A DNA stretch of 63,700 nt, the filler included. It is 6 parts of 6 records of this genome, joined end to end, with 100 filler letters (N's around TTAATTAATTAA, not from the genome) between each part and the next. Parts side by side here need not be neighbours in the genome. Positions count along the whole stretch, not along the records: positions 10,244 to 16,370 come from SRR31156797_2372; positions 16,471 to 29,217 come from SRR31156797_2373; 4 more parts are not named here. One strand, 5' to 3'. Made by a program: the position numbers and the translations under genes. A model generated the notes under the pieces. It had not been told where the DNA came from, did no database searches, and was given only the letters and a program-made list of their open reading frames with translations. How positions within the stretch are numbered: the first letter of the stretch is position 1; each line of letters starts with the position of its first letter. Below are positions 10,244 through 20,561 of the stretch, one piece after another.

Positions 10244-10789
10244 TATGTTCCCCAGGCCTATAAATTTGTTTTTCCGTATTCTGTGGAAGAAACCGTTATG
10301 ATGGGCCTTGCCGGAAAAATCGGTTTGTTTTCAACACCGGCAAAAAAAGATAAGCAGCGGGTTGATGCGATTCTGGCCGATCTGGGATTGTTTCATCTTA
10401 AAAAGCGATTGTGTTCCCAGCTGAGCGGGGGCCAGCTTCAATTGGTCTTTATGGCAAGGGGGCTGGTAAAGGACCCCGAACTGATGATACTGGACGAACC
10501 AGAGTCCCATCTGGACTATAAAAATCAAATCCGAATTCTCAGAATGCTTGAAAAGCTGGCAAAGGAACGGGGTATCTCCTGTATTATAAATACCCATTAT
10601 CCGGATCATGCCCTGAGGATTTCCGATGCAACCCTGATGCTGGGTGCTGAAAATACCTATGTATACGGGTCCAGCAATGAGATTATAACCGAAGAAAACA
10701 TTCAGTCTTTTTTCGGGGTCGAATCCAGAATCATTCACATAGAAAAACCCGATAAAACCATATTCAAAACAGTGGTGGTAACAGAATAA
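10244..10789 (+). CDS. Iron-chelate/cobalamin-type ABC ATPase (5'-truncated)
   Basis: Frame is open from the contig edge (YVPQ...); LSGGQLQ, MILDEPESHLD and H-loop NTH. Confidence 0.85.
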   Translation, partial: YVPQAYKFVFPYSVEETVMMGLAGKIGLFSTPAKKDKQRVDAILADLGLFHLKKRLCSQLSGGQLQLVFMARGLVKDPELMILDEPESHLDYKNQIRILRMLEKLAKERGISCIINTHYPDHALRISDATLMLGAENTYVYGSSNEIITEENIQSFFGVESRIIHIEKPDKTIFKTVVVTE

Positions 10790-10849
10790 ACGCCGCTGCA
10801 GCCCGGCGGCTAGATGGAAAAGGGGGACCTAAATACCATAATTTAAACC

Positions 10850-11032
10850 CAAATGTCAGGTGCGATACGCCTTAATAGGGAACTTCGTGAAATTCGAAGG
10901 CGAGCCCGTCGCTGTAATCACCGCCGGATGAGATAAGATGCCGGCAACTCCCGCACTCAGGATGGCCACTGTTTATCGATAAACGGGAAGGCGGAATGCC
11001 GGAGGGTGAAAGCCAGAAGACCTGCCTGACTC
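10850..11032 (+). ncRNA. Cobalamin (B12) riboswitch
   Basis: P1 GTCAGG (10855-10860) pairs with CCTGAC (11025-11030). Conserved AGGTG, AATAGGGAA, GCTGTAA, GCCACTG..CGGGAAGGC and B12 box AGCCAGAAGACCTGCC. Sits upstream of a TonB receptor. Confidence 0.92.
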
Positions 11033-11095
11033 AATATCAGGACATGCCCACGGGGTTTGGGCATCCTGAAAGGTCTGTGGATAAAAAGGGACTTC

Positions 11096-11128
11096 AGGGA
11101 CTGAATGACTTCAGTCCCTTTTTATTTA
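11096..11128 (+). terminator. Intrinsic terminator in the riboswitch expression platform
   Basis: AGGGACTGAA-TGAC-TTCAGTCCCT hairpin followed by a T-rich tail. Confidence 0.8.
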
Positions 11129-11198
11129 TGGCATGTCAGGGGCTCGTTGCTGAATCTGGAGTTGAGTGAAAACGACAATTGCTTAAGGGAGGTAGGAC

Positions 11199-13223
11199 AT
11201 GCACAATGCAGAAAAAAAACAAGTATGGACTAAAGGATCGGTATGCTGGTTTGCCTGTATCATTCTGATCACCGGATTTTTTGGCCCCCATGTGTGGGCA
11301 GCCGATGGTAAAACGGACAAACAAACAACCCTTATCGGAGAGATCACCGTTACCGCGACCAAGATGTCCACCCAGGTGGATAAAATGCCCACCAATATCA
11401 GCGTCATCTCCCGGGAAGAAATAGAAAAGTATCCCGGGCATTACAATGCCATATCCCTGCTGCGGGACCTGAATATACCGGGAATGTATTTTTCCGGTAC
11501 GGACAGGGGGTCTGGCAGCGGTGATGTCTCCATGAGCTCCCGGGGCGGGGAAGTGTCCAACTGGGCCATGAAGGTGATGATCAACGGAATCGAGTTCAAC
11601 CCGGGAATCGGCTATATAAGAACCGGCAGGCTGGCCGTGCATGACATAGAGCGCATCGAGATCACCAAAACCCCTTCGGCCGTGTATGGCGACCAGGCCA
11701 TCGGCGGGGTGATCAATATCATCACCCGGGTGGCGGAAAAACCCATTGAGGCCAAAACCGGTGTTGCCTTTTCCGGTCTGGGAGGGGGCAATGGCTATGG
11801 GGTAATCAACGGGGTATCTGAAAAATGGGAATACTACCTGGATGCATCTGTCATGCGGGAGGATTCCTACCAGGACGGCGGCTATCTGGACGGTGACAAT
11901 GTCTATACCAAGCTGAGGTACGCCCTCAGCGATACTGCCGATGTGACCGTCCACGGATCATATAAGGATTCAAAGGGGGTTTATACGGAAAGCCTTACCC
12001 GGGAGCAGTTTGACCAGGACCCGTCCCAGAATCCGAATACCGGGGCACCGTATCACAATGAATCCCGGGGAAGCCTGGGTGCCTTTGTCTATGAGCAGAG
12101 GCTGGGGCGCCATGATCTCATGTGCAAAATGGAGCTGCAGTCTACAGACTACCAGCTGTATATGAACCGGTTTTTTGAACAGGAAGGCTGGCAGGCGCAT
12201 CCGGAAGCAAACATGACCTTTCACCATGATATCGGGGGCATGGGAAATAAACTGGTACTGGGCGGGGAATACCGGTATCACGATATGACGGCAAAACGGT
12301 TTAATGCCTCAAGTTTCTATGACCTGGGCACCATGACCCGCCATTTTTCACGCAGAGACATCAGCTATGCGGCCTATATCCAGGATGAGCTTCAGATCTC
12401 CCATGCCCTCACGGTAACCGCCGGCATCCGCTATGACTACTTTGATCTGGCACAATTTGCCAATATCGCAAGCAGTAAGTCCTGGGCCCAGGAGCAAAGC
12501 GCCTTCAGCCCCAAGATCGGCCTGACCTACCAGCTGTCTGAGCAGGTAAATTTGTTTGCCGGATTTAACAGCGGCATAAAAAGTCCGGTAAGACTGCCCA
12601 TGTGGTTTACCAATGGCCAACTGGATCCGGAAAAGCTGCATGCCTATGAAGTGGGTATCCGGGGTAATATCTCAGGGTGGCTGGATTACAATATGGCCGT
12701 TTATTGGCAGAAGGTAACCGATAAATTTGTCAGGCCCGGCGTGGGCTGGACCTCGGATTTTGAAAATGCCGGGGAAACCAGTTCAAAGGGTGTGGAAGTG
12801 GGAGCCAACGCCATATTTCCCCATGGTTTCTATGCAGGAGCCAGTTTTACCTGTCAAAAATCAGAGTTTGATGAATTTATCAGCCAGGGGGTTGATTATT
12901 CGGGCAACCGCCTTCCCGGGGTGCCGGGTGTGATGTTTGCCTTTAAACTGGGCCATCACCATGATCTTTGGGGTGATTTTTCCGTAAATCCTGTGTATAC
13001 GGGCAAGCGCTATTTCAACTACGCCAATACCAATAAGGAAGACGGATTCTGGATGGTCAATGCCCGCTATGCCAAAAAAATAGGAAAGCTTGAGCTGTAT
13101 ATTGCGGCACAAAATATTTTTGATAAAAAGGCGATCGGCACCGGCAGCGGTGACCCGGGCAATGAATCATTCTACCCGGTATCCGGGTTTAATACGATTA
13201 TCGGCTTGAATCTGGCCTTGTAG
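11199..13223 (+). CDS. TonB-dependent outer-membrane receptor, probably corrinoid or cobalt uptake
   Basis: Signal peptide, TonB-box-like EITVTAT, plug motif IERIEITK..SAVYG..AIGGVINIIT, preceded by a B12 riboswitch. Confidence 0.9.
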   Translation: MHNAEKKQVWTKGSVCWFACIILITGFFGPHVWAADGKTDKQTTLIGEITVTATKMSTQVDKMPTNISVISREEIEKYPGHYNAISLLRDLNIPGMYFSGTDRGSGSGDVSMSSRGGEVSNWAMKVMINGIEFNPGIGYIRTGRLAVHDIERIEITKTPSAVYGDQAIGGVINIITRVAEKPIEAKTGVAFSGLGGGNGYGVINGVSEKWEYYLDASVMREDSYQDGGYLDGDNVYTKLRYALSDTADVTVHGSYKDSKGVYTESLTREQFDQDPSQNPNTGAPYHNESRGSLGAFVYEQRLGRHDLMCKMELQSTDYQLYMNRFFEQEGWQAHPEANMTFHHDIGGMGNKLVLGGEYRYHDMTAKRFNASSFYDLGTMTRHFSRRDISYAAYIQDELQISHALTVTAGIRYDYFDLAQFANIASSKSWAQEQSAFSPKIGLTYQLSEQVNLFAGFNSGIKSPVRLPMWFTNGQLDPEKLHAYEVGIRGNISGWLDYNMAVYWQKVTDKFVRPGVGWTSDFENAGETSSKGVEVGANAIFPHGFYAGASFTCQKSEFDEFISQGVDYSGNRLPGVPGVMFAFKLGHHHDLWGDFSVNPVYTGKRYFNYANTNKEDGFWMVNARYAKKIGKLELYIAAQNIFDKKAIGTGSGDPGNESFYPVSGFNTIIGLNLAL

Positions 13224-13444
13224 TTAAAAATACGGGAACTCAAGGAGGGTATACCCCTGCCTGATTATTCGGCAAGAGGCAACCCAACCCGTGTCCCTGA
13301 AAAAACAGGTTTCTATCCCATCCCTGTAGGGCCATATTTCAAGTCAATCGAGCCGGCCTTGCTTGGGAAAACTGGAAATTCCATTAGAAATCCCTCCGGG
13401 GCAGAGCTGGAAGACTTTGCCTTGGAGTTTTTTTTAGTTTTTAC

Positions 13445-13475
13445 TTGACCTTGACACCGTGTTAGCCTTTAAGAT
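13445..13475 (+). promoter_or_regulatory. MerR-type promoter (19-bp spacer with internal dyad)
   Basis: TTGACC (13445-13450), 19 bp containing TGACAC-C-GTGTTA, TAAGAT (13470-13475). Lies upstream of the MerR gene. Confidence 0.7.
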
Positions 13476-13541
13476 CCCTTTCACCGTGGTCGGAATCGTC
13501 AATGCAAAGCCGTGTGCCAAATGAAAGATTGAACCTGGAAG

Positions 13542-14396
13542 GTGGTCTCCATGTATAAAATAAGTCGTTTTTCAAAACAGACCAAATTATCCCCAAGGAT
13601 GCTCAGGCATTATGACAGCATTGGGTTATTGCAGCCAATGCATGTGGATGGGGTGACCGGATACCGGTACTATGCAGATTCCCAGTTCCAGGATGCCATG
13701 GAAATCATTCGGTTGAAACGCTATGGTTTTTCCCTGGAACAGATAAAACAGATTCTTGGGAACCATGATCCGGATCAGTTTCGGAATCTCTTACAAAACC
13801 AGATTCAATCATTCGATAAACACCTTAGGGAAAGAAGTTCGGTCATTGACGAGATGGAGCAGCTTCTTGGTGAAGATGAGGCTATCTTTAATAAGCTGTC
13901 CCGGAATGAGACTTACGGTATTTATACGGGGATCGAACCGGAACGGCATGTTATCCGAAAACGGGCCGTGATGACTGAAAAGGACATGGACCGGAGTGCT
14001 GAACGCCTGTATGAAGAGGCAAAAAGCAGGGGGCTTTTTCCGTATAACCTGGCCGGAGCGGTTTTTCATGATCAAGACCATAAGGGTGACGCTGTTGATG
14101 TGGAGGTGTTCGTCCCGGTGAGAGAATCGGCGGAGAGGAATGAAAAATCGCAAGAGGGCAACGGTTCAGATCATCAGGTCGCGGTCATTCCCGCCCACAG
14201 GGTTGTTACAACACTCCATACAGGCCGGTATGATGAGATCGGATTTGCCTGGCATGAAATCGAAAAATGGATTGACCAGTCGGATTATCACCAATCCGGC
14301 TCTACCTATGAAGTGTATCTCAGGTCTTCTGAATCCGCGGTTCCGGAGCATGACTATATTACCCGGGTATGTTACCCCGTTGAAAAAACAGTATAG
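13542..14396 (+). CDS. MerR-family regulator with GyrI-like effector domain
   Basis: LRHYDSIGLL.P...GYRYY MerR HTH; C-terminal HTGRYDEIG and YEVYL. Start may be ATG 13551. Confidence 0.9.
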   Translation: MVSMYKISRFSKQTKLSPRMLRHYDSIGLLQPMHVDGVTGYRYYADSQFQDAMEIIRLKRYGFSLEQIKQILGNHDPDQFRNLLQNQIQSFDKHLRERSSVIDEMEQLLGEDEAIFNKLSRNETYGIYTGIEPERHVIRKRAVMTEKDMDRSAERLYEEAKSRGLFPYNLAGAVFHDQDHKGDAVDVEVFVPVRESAERNEKSQEGNGSDHQVAVIPAHRVVTTLHTGRYDEIGFAWHEIEKWIDQSDYHQSGSTYEVYLRSSESAVPEHDYITRVCYPVEKTV

Positions 14397-14522
14397 ATAC
14401 GGTCAAAAATCAATCCGGCCGGCAGACTGAATAGAGATAACGACCGACGACACCCTCTTTGGCCGTGGTTTCAGGAGCCTGTTGCCGGTTTATTGTCAGA
14501 TCAGACCCCCAAAGGAGAAATT

Positions 14523-15656
14523 ATGATGCTGTCAAGACGCACCCTTTTAAAAATGAGTATCATGCTCGGAGGAAGTGCCCTTTTTCCGGCTTTTACGACA
14601 AAGGCTTCAAATTCACTCGATTACAATGGATGGTTTATGCCGGATGAAAGCGAGCCCCATGAGCGTACCTGGATGTCCTTTATTGCCAGTTACGACATCT
14701 GGGAAGAACGGCAGGTGCCTGAAGTTCAACGTAACCTGGCGACCATCGCTAAAACCATTGCCAAGTATGAGCCGGTTTCCCTGCTTGTAAGAAACCAGGA
14801 TATCAGTATTGCCCATGAACTTCTTGGCGGGCTGAATCACCACCCTTTTCCAATTGAACTGGTTGAGTTCAAAATGAATGATCTATGGATGCGGGATACC
14901 GCCCCCATATTTGTCCTCAATGGAAAAGGGCAAAAATCTGCCGTCAACTTTAACTTTAACGGCTGGGGAGAAGATCAGGAATATGATCTGGATGCAAAAA
15001 TTGCTGACTTTGTCGCAAAAAAAGCAGGTGTAAACACGATTAAGTCCTCTTTGATTTTGGAGGGCGGGTGTTTTGAGGTCGACGGTCATGGAACGGCTAT
15101 TATGACGGAAAGCTGCATACTTAATGACAACCGCAACCCTGGCAAAGGTAAAAGAGAAGTTGAGGGGGAGTTAAAAGCATTGCTGGGATTGGATAAGATT
15201 ATATGGTTAAAAGGAATCAAGGGCAAAGATATTACAGACGGCCATACTGATTTTTATGCCCGCTTTGTCAGGCCCGGTGTAGTTGTGGTGAGTCGCGATT
15301 CCGACAAATCATCCTATGATTACAGGGTAACACGTGAGAATATAGACATTCTTAAATCATCAACAGATGCCAGCGGCAACTTTTTGGATATGATGATTCT
15401 TGATACACCGTGGGATATCAATACCCGGTACGGTACAAAAAATTTTGCAGCAGGCTATGTCGGGTATTATGTCTGTAATGGCGGGATCATCATGCAGAAG
15501 TTCGGGGATAAAAAGGCGGACCTCATTGCCGGGCAGAAACTGGCAAAGGCCTTTCCCAATCACCGGATTGAGCAAATTGCCATTGATGGTATTGCCAGCG
15601 GCGGCGGAAGCATCCACTGTGCAACCCAGCAAGAGCCCAGGGTCAGGCCGGCCTGA
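14523..15656 (+). CDS. Agmatine deiminase / peptidyl-arginine deiminase family protein with Tat signal
   Basis: RBS AAGGAG; twin-arginine SRRTLLK; WMRD, EGG, TDGHTD and GGSIHCATQQ catalytic motifs. Confidence 0.9.
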   Translation: MMLSRRTLLKMSIMLGGSALFPAFTTKASNSLDYNGWFMPDESEPHERTWMSFIASYDIWEERQVPEVQRNLATIAKTIAKYEPVSLLVRNQDISIAHELLGGLNHHPFPIELVEFKMNDLWMRDTAPIFVLNGKGQKSAVNFNFNGWGEDQEYDLDAKIADFVAKKAGVNTIKSSLILEGGCFEVDGHGTAIMTESCILNDNRNPGKGKREVEGELKALLGLDKIIWLKGIKGKDITDGHTDFYARFVRPGVVVVSRDSDKSSYDYRVTRENIDILKSSTDASGNFLDMMILDTPWDINTRYGTKNFAAGYVGYYVCNGGIIMQKFGDKKADLIAGQKLAKAFPNHRIEQIAIDGIASGGGSIHCATQQEPRVRPA

Positions 15657-15783
15657 TCATTTTTAATTTGGCAAGGATGTGACACACTCCCCGCGTGAGT
15701 GTTGGCGGCATGCCCTATCGGATCGGTGTAATCGTCAAATGTATCCGAAAAGGAGTATAACCCTAAGCTCCTTTGCAGCAGGC

Positions 15784-16370
15784 CTACCAGCCAATGGTAA
15801 TGCCGACCCTGGCTGCGGTTTTTTCCCGGTCAAAGGCCGTGGAAACACCGGCATTGGCCACCACCCGGTCGCTCAGATAATGAAATACGCCCATGGCAAC
15901 GGCCTGGGAGGATTCATAGCTGCCGAACCCCAGGGACAACTGGGTGCTGCCTGCTGTCTGGGGCAGGGGAACCAGGGCGGAAAAGGCCGAGGCAAGGGCC
16001 CCCACATCGCCGATATGCTTGTCCAGCCGGCTCACGGCCTGATTCATCTGGGAGAGGTTTACGGCATCGTTGGGATCCACGGCATCCGCCACATTGGTGA
16101 TCCGGCGTTTTTGGGTGCTGCTGCCCACAGATACGGTGTTGGCCTGGTCTGCCACTGAGTTCTGCCCGATGGCCACACTGCCCGGGGCATTGCTTGCGAC
16201 CCTGGCATTCTGCCCAATGGCGGTTCCCCCTGAAGATCCGGTACCGACACGGGCATCCGCCCCCAGGGCCACGCTGTTGGTCGAATTTACCACGGTATTG
16301 GCCCCCACAGCCACACTGCCGTCCGCCGTGACCGTGGACTGGTATCCGATGGCCGTATCCCTGTCCCGTG
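15784..16370 (-). CDS. YadA-like trimeric autotransporter adhesin, C-terminal part (5'-truncated)
   Basis: Head repeats (SVALG, TAIG, SVAIG), neck/stalk [14 protein letters not shown], beta-barrel anchor ending in W. Confidence 0.88.
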
Positions 16371-16470
16371 NNNNNNNNNNNNNNNNNNNNNNNNNNNNNN
16401 NNNNNNNNNNNNNNTTAATTAATTAANNNNNNNNNNNNNNNNNNNNNNNNNNNNNNNNNNNNNNNNNNNN
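16371..16470. other. Artificial contig spacer
   Basis: N run containing TTAATTAATTAA. Confidence 0.98.
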
Positions 16471-16836
16471 TATCCGAACGACACTGCCTTCAAGGCGCCT
16501 TGTTGAGCCTGATGCTCCAGGTGAAACCGGAATATTTCCCCGATCGAACAGGTCCCCGCCAAAGGGCAGGTGAGCCTGCCCAGCGGAAATCCAACCGGGA
16601 TTTTTCTCACGGACGGTTGTCCAACGTTGGGGGCGGGTCGAAATAGGGTTCCTTTTCCGACCAACTGCCACATCCCGAAGCGAACAAGGTAAAAGAAACA
16701 AAAGCAGTCAAAAAAGATCAACTTTGCTCTTGTTCGGATCGGTTTTGCCCTAGTATCAGAAATGAGGCTGGGGCGGTCCGGCTTCCCGCCACCCGCAGGG
16801 TGCGTCTTTCAAACATTAAGAATAGGATTCGAAACC

Positions 16837-17133
16837 ATGAGCCGTAAAGCTCTGATTGCTGAGTTTCATTGCAAGCCCGAACGTGCTGAGGAATTCATTG
16901 CCTTTGCGACCGAGCACGGTCAGCGGGTTCGAGACAATGAACCCGGTTGCACCTTTTTCGATGTCAGCATCTACGACGACGATCCGACCACCGTATTTCT
17001 TTATGAGGTCTATGCCGACGAGGCCGCGCTTTAGACCCACACACAACAGCCTTACATGCCGGGGTTCGTCGATGGCTTCCAGTCCATGGTCAAGGACCGG
17101 ACCCGCAGGCTCGTGACCGTCGCCAACGATTGA
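16837..17133 (+). pseudogene. ABM/LsrG-like putative quinol monooxygenase interrupted by an in-frame TAG
   Basis: MSRKALIAEF...EPGC..FDV...FLYEVYADEAAL*THTQQPY...: family-like sequence continues past TAG at 17032-17034 to TGA at 17133. Confidence 0.75.
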
Positions 17134-17224
17134 CGTCTGCCAATGAAAAACCGCCGGCTGCCATTGCACTCCGGCAGCTTTCGTTCATCCGGAACGGATC
17201 GGTTCTACCCAACCGAAAAGTGCC

Positions 17225-18103
17225 CTATCGACCGGGAACCACCTCGTCAAAGGGGTAACGCGTTTCCAGGATGCCGTTGAAGACATAGACGTCCAGGGCG
17301 GCCTCGTAGGATTCCCTGGAAATCCAGGGGCTTTCCGACCAGCACCCCATTGCCTGGTAGGTCGCAAGCGTGTGCACGAGGACATCGGAGTCGGTGTCCG
17401 GGAAGAAGTCGGCTTCGATCCGCGCGATTTGCGTGGCTGGTATCGCGAGGACCCAGGCGCGGGCCTTGCGGTACGCCCGCATGAAGGCGGCATGGGCCGG
17501 TGTGCCGATCCAGTCCCGCCGGGCCACCAGGCTGCTGAAGGCGACGGGGCCGATCGCCTCACCGACCGATGCGACGACATGCCCGATGCCCTCCTTTTCC
17601 AGTTGCTGCGGGGCGGGGCCCTGCTGGTGCACATAATCGGCCACGCCGTCGCGGAAGGCGGCGTCGATGGCGTCCGTGTCGCTGGCGTCGATCACTTCCA
17701 ACGACCCGAAATTCACCCCCATCTTGTGGCAGGCGTATTTGAACATGGCGAGCGGTTGGTCGCCGTAGTCGACAAGAACCTGGCGGCCGACCAGCTTCGA
17801 CCAGCTGAAATCCGGATCGTCCTGACGCCCGGCGATGAAGAAGCCATCGCGCTCGTTGATCTGCGCAAAATGGACCATGTCGGGCGTTTCGCCTTTTTTC
17901 AGCGACATCCAATGGTTCCGAATCGCCGACTGGCCGACATCGACGCTGCCATCCTACAGGCCGCTCAGGACCGTCGCGCTTGGGGTTTGGGACGAATAGC
18001 GCGCTTCCAGGCCTTCTTCGGCCAGAAAACCGGCCGCGATGCTGGCGATCAGCGGCGTGTAGAACGCGGAATGTCTGGAAACCATGATATTGAGGGGTGC
18101 CAA
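17225..18103 (-). pseudogene. NMT1/THI5-like substrate-binding protein interrupted by an in-frame TAG
   Basis: GGAGA RBS then TTG at 18103. RHSAFYTPL...SGL*DGSVDVGQSA continues in frame into the 227-aa ORF; TAG at 17954-17956. Confidence 0.75.
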
Positions 18104-18280
18104 GACGGAATCTCCGGAAGCTCAGGAATGGGGGACCGCACCGGGATGCAGTCCGGGCCGCAAACCAGGCCGGCGAGCGCCAGGAATGAGCCGCGACCTT
18201 TGTTCTAAGTACCATGGGTGGCCGACGGCCTTTAACCAAGTTGATCGAAATTGACCGAACTTCGTTCTATTCGGATCGAT

Positions 18281-19138
18281 TCAGTCGCCTTCGGGTGTAT
18301 CGACGACTGTCGTGACGACATCCATGGCCTGAAGCTTGGCCCGCTCCTTCTGCGGCAGGCTCGAAGCCACGATCACCTCGTCGATATCCTCGATCGGTGC
18401 CACGTCACAAAAGGCGGCGCTGCCGAAGCTCCAGGTATCGGCCAGGATGATGGTCTTGCGTGCCGCGGCGATCATCGCCTGGAGCATGCTCGAGACCTCG
18501 ACGGAATTGGTCGTGATCGTGCCGCTGGACACGCTTTTCGCCGTGATCAAGGCAATGTCCACGTGCAGGCGCTCCAGAAAGCTCTGCCCCGGTTCGCCGA
18601 CCATGGTGAAGGACCCGTGCCGCATGGTGCCTCCCAGCACGACCAACCGGGCGTGTTGCGACTGGCCGATGATATAAGCGATCTTCAGGTTGTTGGTGAC
18701 GACGGTCACCCGGCGTCCGCGTTCGACGACGATCTTCGCAATCTCCTCGATGATCGGGCTGGAGGTCATGATCACGCTGAGCCCGTCTTCGATCCGCGCG
18801 GCCGCTTCCGCGGCCATGGCCCGTTTGGTATCAGCGGAGGCACCCAAAAGGCCGTCATCGTTGATGTCAATCTTCGTCGGCACGACGTTGGCGCCGCCGG
18901 GCAGGGTGGCGCCGCCGCGCGTCCGCACGATCACCCCGTTCTTGGCGAGTTGGTCCAGGTCACGGCGAATGGTCGAAAAGGACGCCCCGACCCGGTACGA
19001 CAGTTCCTGGACCGAGGCAATGCCGCTGTCCCTCAGGATGTCCATGATGAGGGCGTAGCGCTGCGCCGAGATCATCCGGTTGTTGTTCTTGTTGCCCAAC
19101 CCGTCTTTCCGTGATGCCGGCATCCGATGCTCCTTCAT
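18281..19138 (-). CDS. DeoR/GlpR-family transcriptional regulator
   Basis: SFSTIRRDLDQL...RTRGGA HTH plus DeoR sensor domain (VVTNN, LGG). True start may be ATG 19075. Confidence 0.9.
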   Translation of the reverse strand: MKEHRMPASRKDGLGNKNNNRMISAQRYALIMDILRDSGIASVQELSYRVGASFSTIRRDLDQLAKNGVIVRTRGGATLPGGANVVPTKIDINDDGLLGASADTKRAMAAEAAARIEDGLSVIMTSSPIIEEIAKIVVERGRRVTVVTNNLKIAYIIGQSQHARLVVLGGTMRHGSFTMVGEPGQSFLERLHVDIALITAKSVSSGTITTNSVEVSSMLQAMIAAARKTIILADTWSFGSAAFCDVAPIEDIDEVIVASSLPQKERAKLQAMDVVTTVVDTPEGD

Positions 19139-19409
19139 GTTGCCAACTCCAGGCGGGGTTCGCCACGAACCGGCATGTGCCGTTATCCGGTTCCATCGGG
19201 CACTTATATCTAAATTCCGCTCGATTTGAACCGAATTCCTTCAATCGCCACGATCCCCAGGGCGTCATCCGATCCGTTTCCGGGGTACGGTTCGTGGCCG
19301 GCCATATCGGCCGACCTCGTTATTACAATATTATAACGTTTGACGCGCCAAGCGAAAATGATTAAATATGACGCGTTTTGTTTGTTTTTGACTAAGAAAG
19401 GGAGCGGCC

Positions 19410-20561
19410 GTGAAAATCGTCGACGTCACGCTGAAGATATTCAACTACAAGAGTCGCATTGCTCGTGACAAGGCCGGCCATGCCCATCCCGGCAAGGAAA
19501 TCGATGCGCAGTACGGTCTTTTGACGATTACCGCCGATAACGGCAGCCAGGGGCATTGTCTCTATCTTCCGGAGGTAATGCGTTCTTATGTCGTCAATCG
19601 TTTCTTCAAGACAGTCCTGATCGGTCAGGACCCCTTCGACCGTGAACGGATCTGGCAGGATCTCTTCATCTGGCAGCGGGGCGGCGGGGCGCAACTGACC
19701 GACCGGGCCATGGCTGTGGTCGACATCGCCCTATGGGACCTGGCCGGCCGCGCGTTGGGGGTGCCCTGCTACAAGCTGATCGGCGCCTATCGGGACAAGG
19801 TGCCGGCCTATGCGAGCACCATGGTCGGCGACGACATCAAGGGCGGGCTGTCCTGCCCCGACGACTATGCCCGCTTCGCCGAAAAGCTCGTTGACGAGGG
19901 CTACCGGGCCATCAAGATTCATACTTGGATGCCCGAGGTCATCGGCGGCTATCCCGACCCGAAACGTGACCTGCAGGCCTGCGCGGCGGTGCGCGAGGCC
20001 GTCGGGCCCGACATCGTGCTGATGCTCGATGCCTATCACTGGTATACGCGCTCGGACGCGCTGTGGCTCGGCAAGGAGCTCGGCAAGCTCAATTACGCCT
20101 GGTACGAAGAGCCGATGGAGGAAGCCAGCATGTCGTCCTACATCTGGCTTACCGACAATCTGGAAATCCCGATCCTCGGCCCCGAGATGGCGAAGGGAAA
20201 ATACAATATCCGCGCCGAATGGGCCAAGTTCGGCGCCTGCGACATCCTGCGTACCGGCGTCTACGACGTGGGGGGCATCAGCCCCAGCATGAAGGTCGCA
20301 CACCTGGCCGAATCCTTCGGCATGAATTGCGAGGTCCACGGCAGCGGCGCCGCCAACCTGACCGTCGTTCTGGCCATTAAGAACGGCTGCTATTACGAAC
20401 GGGGCCTGATGCATCCGATGTACAACTTCGAAACCCCGCCGGCCTATCTGAAAAGCCTGTCCGATCCGGTCGACGCCGAGGGATTCGTGCATGCGAACGG
20501 CCGGCCTGGAATCGGCGAGGAAATCGACTTTGAGTATATCGATGACAACTTGATCTCCTGA
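19410..20561 (+). CDS. Mandelate racemase / enolase-superfamily dehydratase
   Basis: VDIALWDLAG, KxH (KIH), metal ligands LMLD, WYEEP, GPE, and C-terminal PGIG. Confidence 0.88.
   Translation: MKIVDVTLKIFNYKSRIARDKAGHAHPGKEIDAQYGLLTITADNGSQGHCLYLPEVMRSYVVNRFFKTVLIGQDPFDRERIWQDLFIWQRGGGAQLTDRAMAVVDIALWDLAGRALGVPCYKLIGAYRDKVPAYASTMVGDDIKGGLSCPDDYARFAEKLVDEGYRAIKIHTWMPEVIGGYPDPKRDLQACAAVREAVGPDIVLMLDAYHWYTRSDALWLGKELGKLNYAWYEEPMEEASMSSYIWLTDNLEIPILGPEMAKGKYNIRAEWAKFGACDILRTGVYDVGGISPSMKVAHLAESFGMNCEVHGSGAANLTVVLAIKNGCYYERGLMHPMYNFETPPAYLKSLSDPVDAEGFVHANGRPGIGEEIDFEYIDDNLIS

Noticed and set aside
11136-11954. 272-aa antisense ORF within the TonB receptor
   Set aside because: Shadow of the well-supported receptor gene.
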